Shown here: piece after piece, positions 1 through 11,886 of the stretch | Layout: every line of letters starts with the position of its first letter | How positions within the stretch are numbered: the first letter of the stretch is position 1 | NCBI GenBank assembly: GCA_002633005.1 | Contig: NMRA01000016.1 | Coordinates: 861,874-925,873, forward strand | Reading direction: 5' to 3' | Length of the DNA: 64,000 bases | DNA from: Phoronis australis | Lineage: Eukaryota > Animalia > Phoronida | Notes under the pieces: model-generated | Seen by the model: only the letters and a program-made list of their open reading frames with translations | Databases searched by the model: none | Told to the model about the DNA's origin: nothing | Program-made: the position numbers and the translations under genes

Positions 1-202
1 AGTTTGCTCCATTTTATTACTGTCGATCGCAGTTTTCAAAAAATAAAAAACTAAACGGCTATAAACTGTCAAAAAGTGATTTAGACTAATTACGTCAAAA
101 CTAAGCTCAATTACTGAGTCGAGAAGTGATTCTGACAGTTCGCATCGCTTGAAACTATATTACGTGGCGCATAAAATGACCAACCAGATTTTAGAGCTAG
201 GT

Positions 203-420
203 GCCCGTTCCAACAAAACTGGCTTAGCTAACACAAATCTTAAATTTTAGTGAATTTTGTGATAAAATTTGAATTTGCCTCAAGACCGTTGTTTCAATAA
301 AGAAATCTTAAGTTAGTCTTAAATTTTTAATATAAGCTTTGTCTTAATTTGGATTATCATATCACCGGAATGTGAAAGTCTCAAGTTTGGAAGTTAAGAT
401 ATATCTCTATAAATGAACTC
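203..420. mobile_element. Non-autonomous TIR element (MITE) fragment, same family as 59777-60580
   Basis: GCCCGTTCCAACAAAACTGGCTTAGCTAACACAAATCTTAAATTTTAGT aligns with the reverse complement of ~60530-60580. Positions 300-420 align with the reverse complement of the arms of that copy. Confidence 0.6.
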
Positions 421-756
421 TAGTCAGTTTCTTGAAAGTCCAGGCTTGTTAGTGGACGTATAATATGTCTGTATAAATGTATAAATCAAAAGGTTGTGAT
501 GGAAGGCGTGTTTACAATAAGACATGCCAGGGGCCTCAAAAATGATTTAAAAGATTTCCAAACCCTTGAGAAGCTTTCCCTGCATCTCGTTTCCAGATGG
601 GCACCGACATATACAACTGCCTCCCACTGGAATGCTTTCTTTCTTGGAATAACCACGTAAACACGTATTCATGAACACAAGCTTTAAAACATCTACCCAG
701 GCAGTTAATAAAAGTATTTGCCATGGTGTACATGTTTAAGTTTGCGCCACCTATAG

Positions 757-1968
757 TCAGGTGAATTTAAACTCATTCGCCCAGCAGGATTGCCATCTTC
801 TGAACTCCCGTATCAATTGGTCATTACTTGTCAACCTTGAAGTAGGTTTCGTAGTTGACATTTCACCCTTTGAGCGTTTAATTTCATCCAAGATCTGCTG
901 TGCCTTCTGATAGCGAGTAGTCAATAGAAGGCGCTGTATGGGAGTCAAATCCTCACATTTTCGCGATTCTTTGGAGTTAATTTCATTGTTAACGTGATCT
1001 GTTGGGGGATTTCCGTTCGTGTCTTTGGTCACGGAGGGCAGTCTCTCAGGGCTGTTTTCCTCGTAAACAGTATTGATCACATGGTTATCGATGTTTGTAA
1101 TGTTATTGGATGCATTTGGCATTTTGTCTTGTGAAGAGTCAATGACTTGCAAACATTCACAGGAAGGTGTTTTGGAACGACTGTCCATTTCGTTAAGGTT
1201 TTCAGGAAACGAATGCGACAAGGTGTCACAAAGAATGTCTTCATAACCCTTTAGCATGGCGAACTGTGCCTCAGGCGAGAACTTAGTTATCGGCCTGGGT
1301 ACGGCCGGAAGCTTTACTGGTTCATCTGCTGGAAGGGACGTTCTTCGCGGTACACGGCCTCTGGGAAGTCTCTGGTGGCCAAATGGAAATGTTTTTGATA
1401 GTCGTCTTTGAACGAGGGGCAAGGCTGGGAAAATGTTAATTCCACCTCTTTCCCACGATCTAAATCCTGGCATCAATGAATGTCGACGATATTTTGAAGT
1501 GCCAGGATATGTTGAGCTTTCCAACGCGCCAACTTTCCAGTTGTGAGCAAGACTTTTGCGCCTTGTCTGTGTTCCACTGGCCCCGCTATCCTCGCCACTG
1601 TCGTGCAGTTTAGTGGCCATAGCACCACTTTTCATATTAGGATGACTGCTACGTCGGCGAGGATCTGCTTTTGTGCTCGTTGAGATGTTACAAGGGACAT
1701 ACGGGGTGCAGTCTCGTTGTTCACTGTATTTCCAGTTATGAGCCAGACTTCTTCGTCTTGCCGGCATATGACGATTGAGTGTTTGGTTTCCTCTGCATGA
1801 ATTACGATCGTTCGACGACCTTTCATTACTTGGTTGAGCGGAAAATGTGAGCTTCTGCACGTCAAACCGCTCAACGTCTTCATCTTCGTCTGTTATGAGT
1901 TTGTTTTCAAATACAGTATCGGAATCCTCTTGGAGAGTTGTCAGATTAGACCGATATTTTCCTGCCAT
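757..1968 (-). CDS. Uncharacterised 403-aa protein: S/R-rich, probably disordered N-terminal half with six RRxS motifs and short helical C-terminal segments
   Basis: The longest clean ORF in the window. It has an in-frame upstream stop (TGA 1977-1975), an internal repeat RR(R/K)SLAHNWK twice, and a strong acceptor (T-tract-TTCGTAG) at 2587-2588 implying a spliced 5'UTR. Confidence 0.8.
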   Translation of the reverse strand: MAGKYRSNLTTLQEDSDTVFENKLITDEDEDVERFDVQKLTFSAQPSNERSSNDRNSCRGNQTLNRHMPARRRSLAHNWKYSEQRDCTPYVPCNISTSTKADPRRRSSHPNMKSGAMATKLHDSGEDSGASGTQTRRKSLAHNWKVGALESSTYPGTSKYRRHSLMPGFRSWERGGINIFPALPLVQRRLSKTFPFGHQRLPRGRVPRRTSLPADEPVKLPAVPRPITKFSPEAQFAMLKGYEDILCDTLSHSFPENLNEMDSRSKTPSCECLQVIDSSQDKMPNASNNITNIDNHVINTVYEENSPERLPSVTKDTNGNPPTDHVNNEINSKESRKCEDLTPIQRLLLTTRYQKAQQILDEIKRSKGEMSTTKPTSRLTSNDQLIREFRRWQSCWANEFKFT

Positions 1969-4158
1969 TTCGGTTCATTTGGTATCCGTATGGTCACAGT
2001 AGGTATCGGAAAGGTTTTCTAGTAAAGCCTTCACCGTCTAAAACAATTTATGGCTGGCTGTAATACTCGTCGAGTATCATACACTCCTTTTTCGAGAATG
2101 TTAGGTTGTAAACTTTACAACCTTGGCCTATTTTGCGTGCCCGTGGTTCCGGTGGCTGTAAACTCTTGCGAATTCAAATTGCAACTTGATCTGCAGCAGA
2201 AGTTGCTGCGCTCTATTCTCTTATGAGTACTTTTGTGTCTCCTCAGTAGCATATACTACTCTTTGATGGGAACATCGTGGCATACTTTTGTTCGACTCTG
2301 ATTGCTGTGGCCTATATTCCAAACCCATGTGGGAAGATTGTGCACAATACGTGAACGAGTTGAAGGAGTGACCCCCTTCAGATACTTTGGTAGGTTATCG
2401 CTCTCTTGGACTGCTTAAATAGTTGTAAAGATTCACATCTCTTTCGATCTCTTGCCTCGGCGTCTGTCTTTTCGTAACATGACCACTAGGATGAACGGTG
2501 TGTTGGGACTGGGAGGGATCTTATCTTGGGAGCAAGTTTACGACAAGGGACACGTTACCGAACTTCGGTAATCTTTGGGGTCTACGCTACGAAGAAAAAA
2601 AAAACACTTGAGTACATCAGATCATTAAAAGAACCATGTACAAATTTTCCTTGATTTTTGCACGTAGATGTAAGCCTACGTATATGCATGCGGGCGCGTT
2701 GCATGCAGATTAAGGGTGAATTTGAAACAATGGCTGCAGTTGTTGTACTTCGCCGGGTCAACCTGGCAAAGATATTTTATTGGTTCCTAATTACGACCTC
2801 TGGCTTTTAAAGAAGCCTAATTGGCCACTTGACAATCAAGTGCAGCTAATGAGCAATGTGCGTATCACTCATTCAACTTAGGGATCCTCTGACTTTGATT
2901 GTTAACGAGAATCTCGTACACGTACACGTGACACAGCTGTGGAAAGCAAAGCCTTTTAACATGCACTGTCGGGGATTGCCTATTTTCAGTGCAAGACCGG
3001 AGTCTAATAGTTTCAGTTTCTTTAAATTCAGCCTGCAATGCTAAATATTTATTTTTTATTTGATTCAGTCATTAACTTCTACGTATCTTCATTTATCCAG
3101 CGTAACCATGTTACTATGAGGCAGCCTTTCTGACTAGTTAGCTGCAACGGAGGTGCCTGAGATACAGATGAGTGATAACGCTATGGCGAATGTGTGGTAG
3201 CATAGTAGTATACATGTGCCTCTATCAACAAATATTGAGTCTATCTGTAAAACATTTTACAGAGTTTTTATTTGGAGATCGTTGATCAGTAACAAATGCT
3301 AAATGCTGTTCTGTTATGGTAGTGATAAGCTTTTCCAATAGACGTCACTGCGTTTGATGTTCCGTTAACATGTTTTGAACAATATCGACAATCGTAGAAC
3401 AGCAAAGCGTTGGAAAAGCTTACGTCAGGATACCGAATATCAGGGAATACGGAAGGAACCATTTCAGCTAGCTTCCAGTTCCCAGCGCACCCAAAGGAAA
3501 TGACGTCAGATGTGGCGCTGTACAGTCTGTGACATCTAAATTAAAAGAAACATCAATTCACAACAGTTCACCCACTGAGCTGAGTGTATGATTGGTAATA
3601 ATTTTTATTGTACATGACATAAAGTAAGGCTCTTCATTAAGCTGGTTTAGCTGCAGACGTCATCTGTGACATGCGAGCCCAAATGGTGAAATCTAGTCTT
3701 CCTGTTGAGTTCAAAACGATTGACTTTACGGAAAACGCATCAGAGAACAACTGTTTACGGACTCAATGACTCAGTTGCAACGGATACTTACTTTTCCAAT
3801 TTTTGATCCACAAAAAACGACCTATGACAGCCTACTGGGCGTCTTCCATAATGCGCACACATACGCTTGTAATCAGTGCACCAATCACCAGAGGTCGCCA
3901 TTCCATCTCGTGGAAGAGTAACCTGCAATTTAGAGAATATTCAACGCATAGCCCCGAAGTACAAAACCGCAAGGCGAATTCTGCTGCGTTATCCCAATCC
4001 TGCTCATTCACCGTCAGGTACTCGTCACCCTGGTACATAATCTCACATTTTGTTTTGTTCTGCTATCTTTTTGTTCTTGTCATTGTTTTCAGACTCGTCG
4101 CTCACCGAATTCCAACGACGTTTTACTGTTTCACGGTGACAGACAATATTAAGGCCAC

Positions 4159-4389
4159 TCAGTAAATCTGACAAACTGCACAATTCAAGTCTGTGAATGT
4201 GCGATGTCTATTTTTAACTGCCCATTCCGACCTGACTCTAAAATATCTGGCGTTTTGAAATCTGACGTCAAATGTGTTCATGCATTCACGAAAAGGACGA
4301 ATTTGGGGACAGTGTTTTAGGGATGTCGTTCCTGATATAACTCCGTGACGTAGGCCGTGGCAGCAGTCCATACATGTATCTATTTTGTG
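4159..4389 (-). CDS. Exon 4 (terminal) of the orphan secreted protein
   Basis: Acceptor TGTTTTGACAG| (phase 0); encodes HKIDTCMDCCHG...NCAVCQIY*. Confidence 0.6.
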   Translation of the reverse strand, partial: HKIDTCMDCCHGLRHGVISGTTSLKHCPQIRPFRECMNTFDVRFQNARYFRVRSEWAVKNRHRTFTDLNCAVCQIY

Positions 4390-7300
4390 CTGTCAAAACA
4401 TTCTCAAGACTCTGTTAGTGTCGCGTTTGTCCTTTTAGATTTAGTAATCTAGATGTGTCTCAGGGGCAGATCCAGGATTTTGAGTTGGGGGGGGGGGCAG
4501 GGCAGAATATTAGCCAGGATTTTGCCCGTCAAACATTCACACCTCCGAACTGCCTAATGGAATCTGAGAGAATTTTAGGGGGCATGGCCCCCTTGGCCCC
4601 CCTAAATCCGCCACTGTGTTCTGTTTTCTTAATTCGCTGTTGACTGACTGTAACATCTCCGTAGCGCGTTTTTAAGACTTGTCCGGGAACATAGGCCTAC
4701 CTGCAGAAACAATAACCCTGCTCCGACATCCGGGTTTGATACGTTCAGTCGCTTCACGACAAATGAAGTGTCAACAAACACACCATCTTTAAATAAATAG
4801 ACCATGCAAGCTGCTAGCACTTTGTCATGTTCTTTCAAACAAATTCCGACACCAACCACTGAGGTTCGCTAATGTTTAGAAAATAAGGACACTAAACTGG
4901 TTTATTATACGATGAATGACAAAAAATGAAACCCAGCAACGCAAAATATCTATCAATATAAAGAACTGATGTTAGAGGGACATGTTCACTGAATAAAACA
5001 TGTAGGCCTATTTGTTTGACATCACGCGATTGCATGATCATTCGTTGCTACCTCTGGTGATTGGCTTATTAACGCAAGCACGAGCTAGAGACTACTAGCC
5101 TTGCACAAACTGAATATAGGCTTCATTTTGCGAAGATTATCTCATTTATATGGCAAAAAACTGGTTCTGGACGCAGGTTCTAATCTAGTTCGAGCTCGCA
5201 CTTGATGACCTCTAGACTCGAGCTGTAAACTCAAGTTGAGAACTCGAAATTTCGTGTAAAGACTCAAAACTTCAAGTTTTTACTCGAACTTATATCTTTA
5301 ATACTCGGGTCATCAAGTGCAACTAGGCAAACCATAATGCACTCGAACACGCAAAAATAAACACTTTACTTGAATTTTCATGAAAATAGATTCGAGTGCA
5401 CAGATTACCCCCCGGGCTATTTCTTTACCCGACTAATGATGAGACCGGCGCTGGCCAGAGTAGGCCTAATTGTTTCAGGTAAGGTTTTGTGTTTTCGAAA
5501 AGCTGCATTATAGCAAGGAAAGTACATGTAAGGTTTGAAATGCCGTGATTTTCGAAGCAATGAGTAGAAAAAATCGCGCATCTCTCAGTCTGACTCTTCT
5601 TAGGTGGATTTCATGTTTTGGAAAAATGAACAACAAAAATACCTCTACACCGGATCGATTTTCAAAACAAAAACAGAGACCAGAATCAAGTATGCTTGCG
5701 TATACCGTTAAGATGAAACTGTTGCATCACGATAGCCGGAAGTATTCAATTCGCATAAAGTTTTTACGAAAATCAGGAAAAGCAATTAAACTTTGTAACC
5801 AACCGGAAGTTGCTGGTGACGGCGTTGTTTCAATTGCCGGTGTTGTTTCCACTGCCTGTGTACAGTTATGATATGTGGACAACAACCATCTCAGGTGACC
5901 TTCACTTCTTTCCACAAGTCCATTTGTCTCCGTAATAGTTCGCTTGTATCCTGACCACGTGTAACCGGGGCATAATGACTTGATCTTATTTTCTAAAAAT
6001 CTGAAAAACACAAACTTAAATGCTTTGGTAAAACTGTTCTGCTAATGATGTTTTTTAATTTCTAAATTTTGAAAATCACACGCACTATTTTTGGTCTACT
6101 TGTACATGCGCGGTAATTTGTTCCTTGCGCTCTTTGCAATCTTCGCCTGTTGAATGGATGCGCTGTCCACTCAGGGGCTATTCGATTTGCATGGTGTCTA
6201 CGAGTTCATCATCAAAACAACAATTCTTTCTAATTCAGAGCACTAATTGCATTTCATAATTTAGGTTGCTTAGCCATACACGAAATGTCAAAACGGTCTC
6301 CACACAATGACAGAAAATTGATTCCGTCCTAGGTAGCATCAATTAACACGAATGACTACGTCACTTTTGAAAGGATTGTCTGACCTATTGATGATTAAAC
6401 TACTGAATTTGTGAGGGAGTCTAAATGGATATTAAGTTAAATTTGCTTACTTTAGGATTTTCATCTTTAGACAGAAAGCCATTATAGACGGCATAATGTA
6501 TTTTTAGGAACATTGAGTACAATTCAACGTGAGGCGTTGAAAAGCACCCACAGTGCACTGCAAACGGTATTTTTTAGGGTATCGGATCAATTTCATGTAA
6601 GGTACAATTGGACAACAAGCTAACCGCAAGGGTAGGGGCAATAGTTAGAATTTGAAAAATTGTTGCACATCACATTTTATAAATATCAAATTAAAAACTT
6701 TTATAATTCGTTCTCTATTTATCCCCAGGGCAGGGAGAAACGCTCTTCCCAAAAACAGTATGCGCCGTCGGAGTGATGCCCTACATCCTTGAGCCAGGTC
6801 CTAAAGATCCGACCAGTTGGGCGTTTTTAAGATATCAAGCGAACACCTGGGTAGAGTTCACTGGTAGCTGTCTTGCGGGTAGAGAATCTAGCCAAAATCA
6901 CGTCATCTCATTTAAATACACGACAACATCACGCGTAATCTCGAGACGTCTTGCTTTTCAAGCGTGGTCCAGACGAGGCCCTAGAGCTAGTGAGCTCTAC
7001 TCCGGAGTAACGACTTCTTGCGACTATATTATATATTTATCTTGCCACACATTCGAGTATACATGTACAACCAGTTGTTATTTTTCTTCTATCAGTCGCG
7101 CATGACCTCAGTGCAGAATTTTTACTGGATAATAAGACAAAGAAAACAGTACAACACGTGCAGCACGACGGTTGCATGGCGTTGTGACGAAATAGTGCAT
7201 TTTCTGGAAACACAGAAAATCTACAATTATGAATAGAAAACCATGGCCTCCTTACATTTAAGTACAACTGCGAGGCCACGGCATTACGAACTTGCGATTT

Positions 7301-7565
7301 TACGGTCTGTGTGAAGAAATTGAGGCTATAATGTTCAATGTTGGAGGAGTGGGGTGTATTAATTTCACAAAACACCTTTCATGCAAATTAATGTGTAATC
7401 AAAATCTATTTCGACCACCCACCTCGATTGAGCTGCTAAAATTCGTAAACGTAGTTTCGCTTTAGCCAATTCCTCATCATTTGCCGAGCATGGACTTGGG
7501 TTCATAAGTAGACCAATTATAATTAAGAGACAGGGTTGTCGTAACGAAGACATTAGTGACTCCAT
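4159..7565 (-). CDS. Orphan secreted protein, 242 aa, 4 exons (7565-7423, 6000-5804, 4858-4701, 4389-4159): signal peptide, helical/coiled-coil-like segment, Thr/Pro linker, Cys-rich C-terminal domain
   Basis: All introns are GT-AG with matching phases (2,1,0), giving a 729-nt open frame. The N-terminus MESLMSSLRQPCLLIIIGLLMNPSPCSA is signal-like, followed by ETTPAIETTPSP and a C-terminus ending DLNCAVCQIY*. The exon 3 acceptor is the second nearby AG and is less certain. Confidence 0.65.
4461..4616. mobile_element. Short MITE with CAG(G/T)GGC(A/G)GAT terminal inverted repeats, in intron 3 of the secreted-protein gene
   Basis: Ends CAGGGGCAGATCC...AAATCCGCCACTG with G/C-run interior. A related terminus AGATCCGCCACTG lies at ~49051-49063. 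Confidence 0.6.
4701..4858 (-). CDS. Exon 3 of the orphan secreted protein
   Basis: Encodes VVGVGICLKEHDKVLAACMVYLF...GLLFLQ; donor CAG|GTAGGC (phase 0). Confidence 0.55.
5180..5400. repeat. Dispersed repeat family rich in ACTCGA/TCGAGT motifs (copies at ~15495-15880 and ~35772-36190)
   Basis: CTAGTTCG..CTTGATGAC.TCT.GA.TCGAGC...AAACTC.AGT...AACTCGA.ATTTCG is shared with 15630-15700. A reverse-oriented copy at 35772-36190 has GGCCCG...CGGGCC ends. Confidence 0.55.
5804..6000 (-). CDS. Exon 2 of the orphan secreted protein
   Basis: Acceptor TTTGTGTTTTTCAG| (phase 2); encodes RFLENKIKSLCPGY...ETTPSPATS; donor CG|GTTGGT. Confidence 0.65.
6845..6975. repeat. Dispersed repeat, inverted copy at ~27000-27145
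   Basis: CCTGGGTAGAGTTC..TAGCTGTCT...AATCTA.CCAAAATCACGT..TCTCATTTAAA matches the reverse complement of ~27030-27145. Confidence 0.6.
7423..7565 (-). CDS. Exon 1 of the orphan secreted protein (signal peptide)
   Basis: ATG 7565, hydrophobic CLLIIIGLLM, donor AG|GTGGGT (phase 2). Confidence 0.65.
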
Positions 7566-10500
7566 TGCACGTGTCTACAGGTCTTACACAGATGTCGTGT
7601 CTCATCTTATCTGGCCGTAAGTTATCTTCTGTATAAACGATACTGAAACATGTATGTTTCACTAACTCATCTAGAATGTCATAACGGCCGCTGAGCGGCA
7701 AACACTATTTTTGAAGGACAGTGTCTGCGTAGTTCCTAAAATGGCATAGTGAAGACCCCCTTACCCCCTCTCCCTGAAAATTCTATTGAGCTACCTGGAA
7801 TGTATACTTGAGTCGAATTTCGTAGATTCCGTAAGCGCCTGCATTATCTTCTATAGACATGCGCAGCCTTCAGTGTTCCTGATTCCGTCGGCAACGCTGT
7901 TGACCTCTGACACTGCTGTGTCACTCAACTCTCAATAAACGTACGTAATTGAAAAGATTTCCATAAGCGATAAGCGATAGCATCGAACTCATTGCAAAAA
8001 CTGTTAATATTATTTCACATTATTTAGATCCCATTATTTGAACCTGCGATAACGTCGAATGACACTTCCTGTATATCTTAAGTCACATTGGCGTATGTGT
8101 TCTCCTTGCACTGTCGAAATTCAAGATCTGGTGATTTGAGATTTTATCCTTTGCACACGACGTTGTACATGTTGGTTATTTGAAAGATAGAATTAAATAA
8201 AATTTCCCTTCACATGTGATGCGGATTTTATGTTTCCGTGGTTCCGGTTTATGAGTTTGCCCCCAAAAAATACAAATACGAACAGTGTTTAGTTTGCACA
8301 TGTATATTCTGGACAGTTCGAAACTGGGCAACATCAATACTCTTCAGCAATGGGAATAAAATCTCCTTATTACCAAACATAACCAGTGTTATTTTGGACG
8401 ACTGCTTATCAAGGAAATCGGTTAAGCAATTAAAATTGCTCATCCGTTGCCACGAGTATTGTACTTTCAATACAACTAGCGTATTAGCGCTTCTACGCGC
8501 AAGTCTCCTGACGTCCACGACTTCCCTATTCAATGTAATTTGGTGGCCCGTTGCTGCACGTCGTCGTGTCATTCGATTTAGCGAATTATGTGAACAATTA
8601 ATTGCATTATGAACGCGTTAGTTCCCCATTGACTAAATCACTTAGCTGAATTAATTAGAGGACTGGAATGTTAGTCTGCAGTCGCATGTGTGAACTATCG
8701 ACAACAACCATTACCTTCGCGGCAATCCACGGTATGTCTCCCAGGTGGCGCTTCTGGTGCAGATTCAGCAGCCCGATTGCTTTGGACAACTATTGATTAC
8801 AATATTGTCGCCGTAAATTGCAAACCGCATTTCAAGGGAACGGGTTCTATGGAAAAATCACACTAACCTTCGTCACAGACAATGATGTATCCGAACACCA
8901 CAGAGGTCATACGACAAACCCTTATAGGAATATAAGTTCCTGGACAAAGTGCGGTGGCTGGTCCGTGAGACTTTATAGGTTGACCTGTAAGTAACCCATT
9001 TTCGTTTTAACAATTTACAAAGAAGACTGTTAGGCAAAAAAATACGAAAATGTCAAAAATTCAGGGAAAGAGTGATGCAACAGTATTTTTCAAAATTGAA
9101 TATGTACAAACCATAAACGTCTGTGTTTAGGTTTTTATGGGACAAACTCTCATAAAGTAACATCACTAAGATTATGAATGGCATATTAACTTGATCAGAA
9201 GCTTATTCAAAAGTCTTGTAACGTTTAATATAAAAGCATGGCTGTTGCTTTTTTCGTGTCGTACGAAACTCTAGATGAAGGGTTTGGCTATCTGCTGAAG
9301 TGCAAGACCCGGACGTATACTTATGTAAGAGGCACTGGGGACGTACAACCGTGCCACTCGAACTGTGACTTTCCATAGAAATTTCTCTACGAAATTGTAC
9401 CTTCTCTGAAAAAAAAACAGCTTAAAGGAGCCTTTTAGGATTTGATTTCTCACTCTATGGTTCACTTTAAGAGTGCGAAACTCTGCCAAAGGTTTGCCTG
9501 CCAACTTCACAAATCTTCAAAGGGGCTCATATAATATTACCAAATATATTCATAAAGCTTAGGTTGGAAAGATGTAGTCATATTTGACAACCCTTCATAT
9601 CTTCTTACATGTATACTGTTTCACGCACAAAATCACTTGTCCAAGAATTCCTACGAAACAAAGGATTGAGTTTATGGCATTTTTACCATTTAAATCCCTC
9701 AAGAGTGGTGATTTAGCCACCGAAAGGGTGTCTTTTTCAAGAAAAGAATTCCTATAAAGGGTTTCTTTTATCGAACATGCTCTTTAAGTGGGTGAATAAC
9801 CTTGTGGAGTTTCCAGCTTAATCCCCGTGAAAAACATGATCGCGTACCTTCGTCGGCTTCAGGGCTCTGAATTTCTAGGGTGTCAAAGAATAAAGCCCTA
9901 AGCTATAGGTTTTCCAAAAACTTTTATGCCACTGCCTCCGCTACAAAATGTAAGTAGGCTTAGCATAAACCGTGCACTCCCCGGCCAAGCTCAGAATCCA
10001 ATCTCCGAACTAAGACTCGGCTAAAGATGGATTCACGCGAACACAGGCTAAAATGTTTTAGCTAAAGCGTTCTGGGTAAAACGATTTAGCTTAAAAATGG
10101 CTTCTGTTAACACGACAAACATCGAGTCGCTAAAACGTTTTAACGCAGTTGAACTTGATGGCATCTGCCGATTGTCGCACGAAATGTGATTAACCGCGTG
10201 TATTTGCATGATGCGGCCACATTCGACACTAGTACTTAAACGCCATTTCATTTTTAACGGAAAAATCAGTAGTATGTTTGTGTGTGACGTGTTCCAACGT
10301 TGCCTTCACTAGGCGAATTTAAAATGCTTTGACTTACCACGTTCTGGTCAAACTAGGGGATACTTCTGAATACGCTTTAAGAAAATAAAGGTTTTAAGCC
10401 TAAAACGACGAATTTAACATAATTCAACGATTCTACAAGTTGACTTAATACGGCGTGTCAATTTTCCGTTAAGCAAAGTCTCATTCAGTCGAGGAACAAC

Positions 10501-11599
10501 GTAAGCTCAGAAATCGCTTCTCATCTGAGCAAGGAACAAGTTGAGACACATTTTATGGCATAAATCAAAATTTAGTTTCTTAGACGTAGTTTAGGTAGAA
10601 TGCCTCTTTGAAACGTCCCCGATTAAAATTATGGACCTTAAGACTCAGAGACTCAAAATTAAAAACAAACACGCCGCATGATATGAGTACAAACCTGTAG
10701 TTTAATCGAAGCGTGTTATGCAGTTAGACCGCAACTACCATAGTAACCGTTACTAAGTCTTATAAACGCAAAGCAGCGTATTACATCAACGAATTCTTTA
10801 CCATGTGTTTTTGTCTTTGTTCAGTGAAGCAGTTGCCATACAGAGTCGCATTGTTCAAATGGACCCTGGGGAAGCAAACAAACTGTTGTACACAGCAGGA
10901 TATCCACGATACCTGACCTTTGGGCCCATTCATAGCTTCATTCATACGAGTGTCTGATCGATTCAAACAGATACATGTACCGGTACCGTTGGGGCATGCA
11001 AAATACATAGTTGCTCCACATTGTGTTCAGCGACAAAAGCAGGTGCCGCGGTAAGCTGTTTCGTCGCACAAATGATGGGGGGACTGCTTATTTGCAATTA
11101 AACTGCATTTGAATGATTTTTAGTGTCCACTCGTGGTCACGTGTTTTGGTTGACATTTCCATAACGCTTCCAATCACAATCACGATTCCTAGTGTAATTG
11201 TTAATTAACACTAGATGCTATCAGAGCAAACATAATAAAAAATATCTATGAATTTCTTTCGCTTTTTTATCCATAGATAGTCCATAATAACCAATGTTTA
11301 TCCAGGCGTACATGTATATTCACCTGATCGTTAAGTATTTGCTGCATGCTTTCATCAGCCATGCAATTTTCCTCCATCGTTCATTTACGTCATTGATCTG
11401 CATGGGTCAGACTCTTCGTGATAGCGCTAGAACCTCCGGTCGCTGGGACCTCGCTTATGCAAAGATTACGCTAGATATTGCCGTGAATTTTCAGTGAGAG
11501 CACTTGATTTTAGCTCGACTTTTCTGGTCGCGAGACAGCTATTGCACTCTATACTGCGGCATTGCACGTAGCGCACGTGGATCCGAAACGCTTACATGT

Positions 11600-11886
11600 A
11601 CGTTCACAACCAATGTTGGTGGGACAAAGATGGCGGACTGCCACTGTGTTTAATACGTGTTTCCGCCACCTGATTGGGTGGAATTAGTGCATGTAGCGGG
11701 CTGACACGTCGGAACTAGTCATTGGTCGATTATTAAGTCGTGTTTCGAGTAAAGAAATTAGACCCCGGGCCCAGAACACAATCATCATTACTGAATTCAA
11801 ATGAATTCACAATTTGCACATGCTTCAACAATGAGGAGCTGTGAGTTCGAGGCTCTGTAGATTTGGCGTGTTGTTGATCGGTAAGN
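11600..11886 (+). promoter_or_regulatory. Candidate promoter and non-coding first exon
   Basis: YY1-type AAGATGGCGG at 11627-11636, CCAAT/ATTGG boxes at 11610, 11673 and 11721, E2F-like TTTCCGCC at ~11660, and a donor G|GTAAG at 11881. Confidence 0.35.

Noticed and set aside
2433-2480. Basic uORF MLRKDRRRGKRSKEM in the 5'UTR of the 403-aa gene
   Set aside because: Too short to support without conservation or ribosome-profiling data.
3832-4038. 68-aa ORF, briefly considered a fibrinogen-like C-terminus
   Set aside because: It lacks the GWW and NLNG motifs and lies downstream of the 4159 stop, so it is probably UTR.
8238-8612. Overlapping 124-aa and 107-aa ORFs
   Set aside because: No domain signal or splice context; consistent with chance ORFs.
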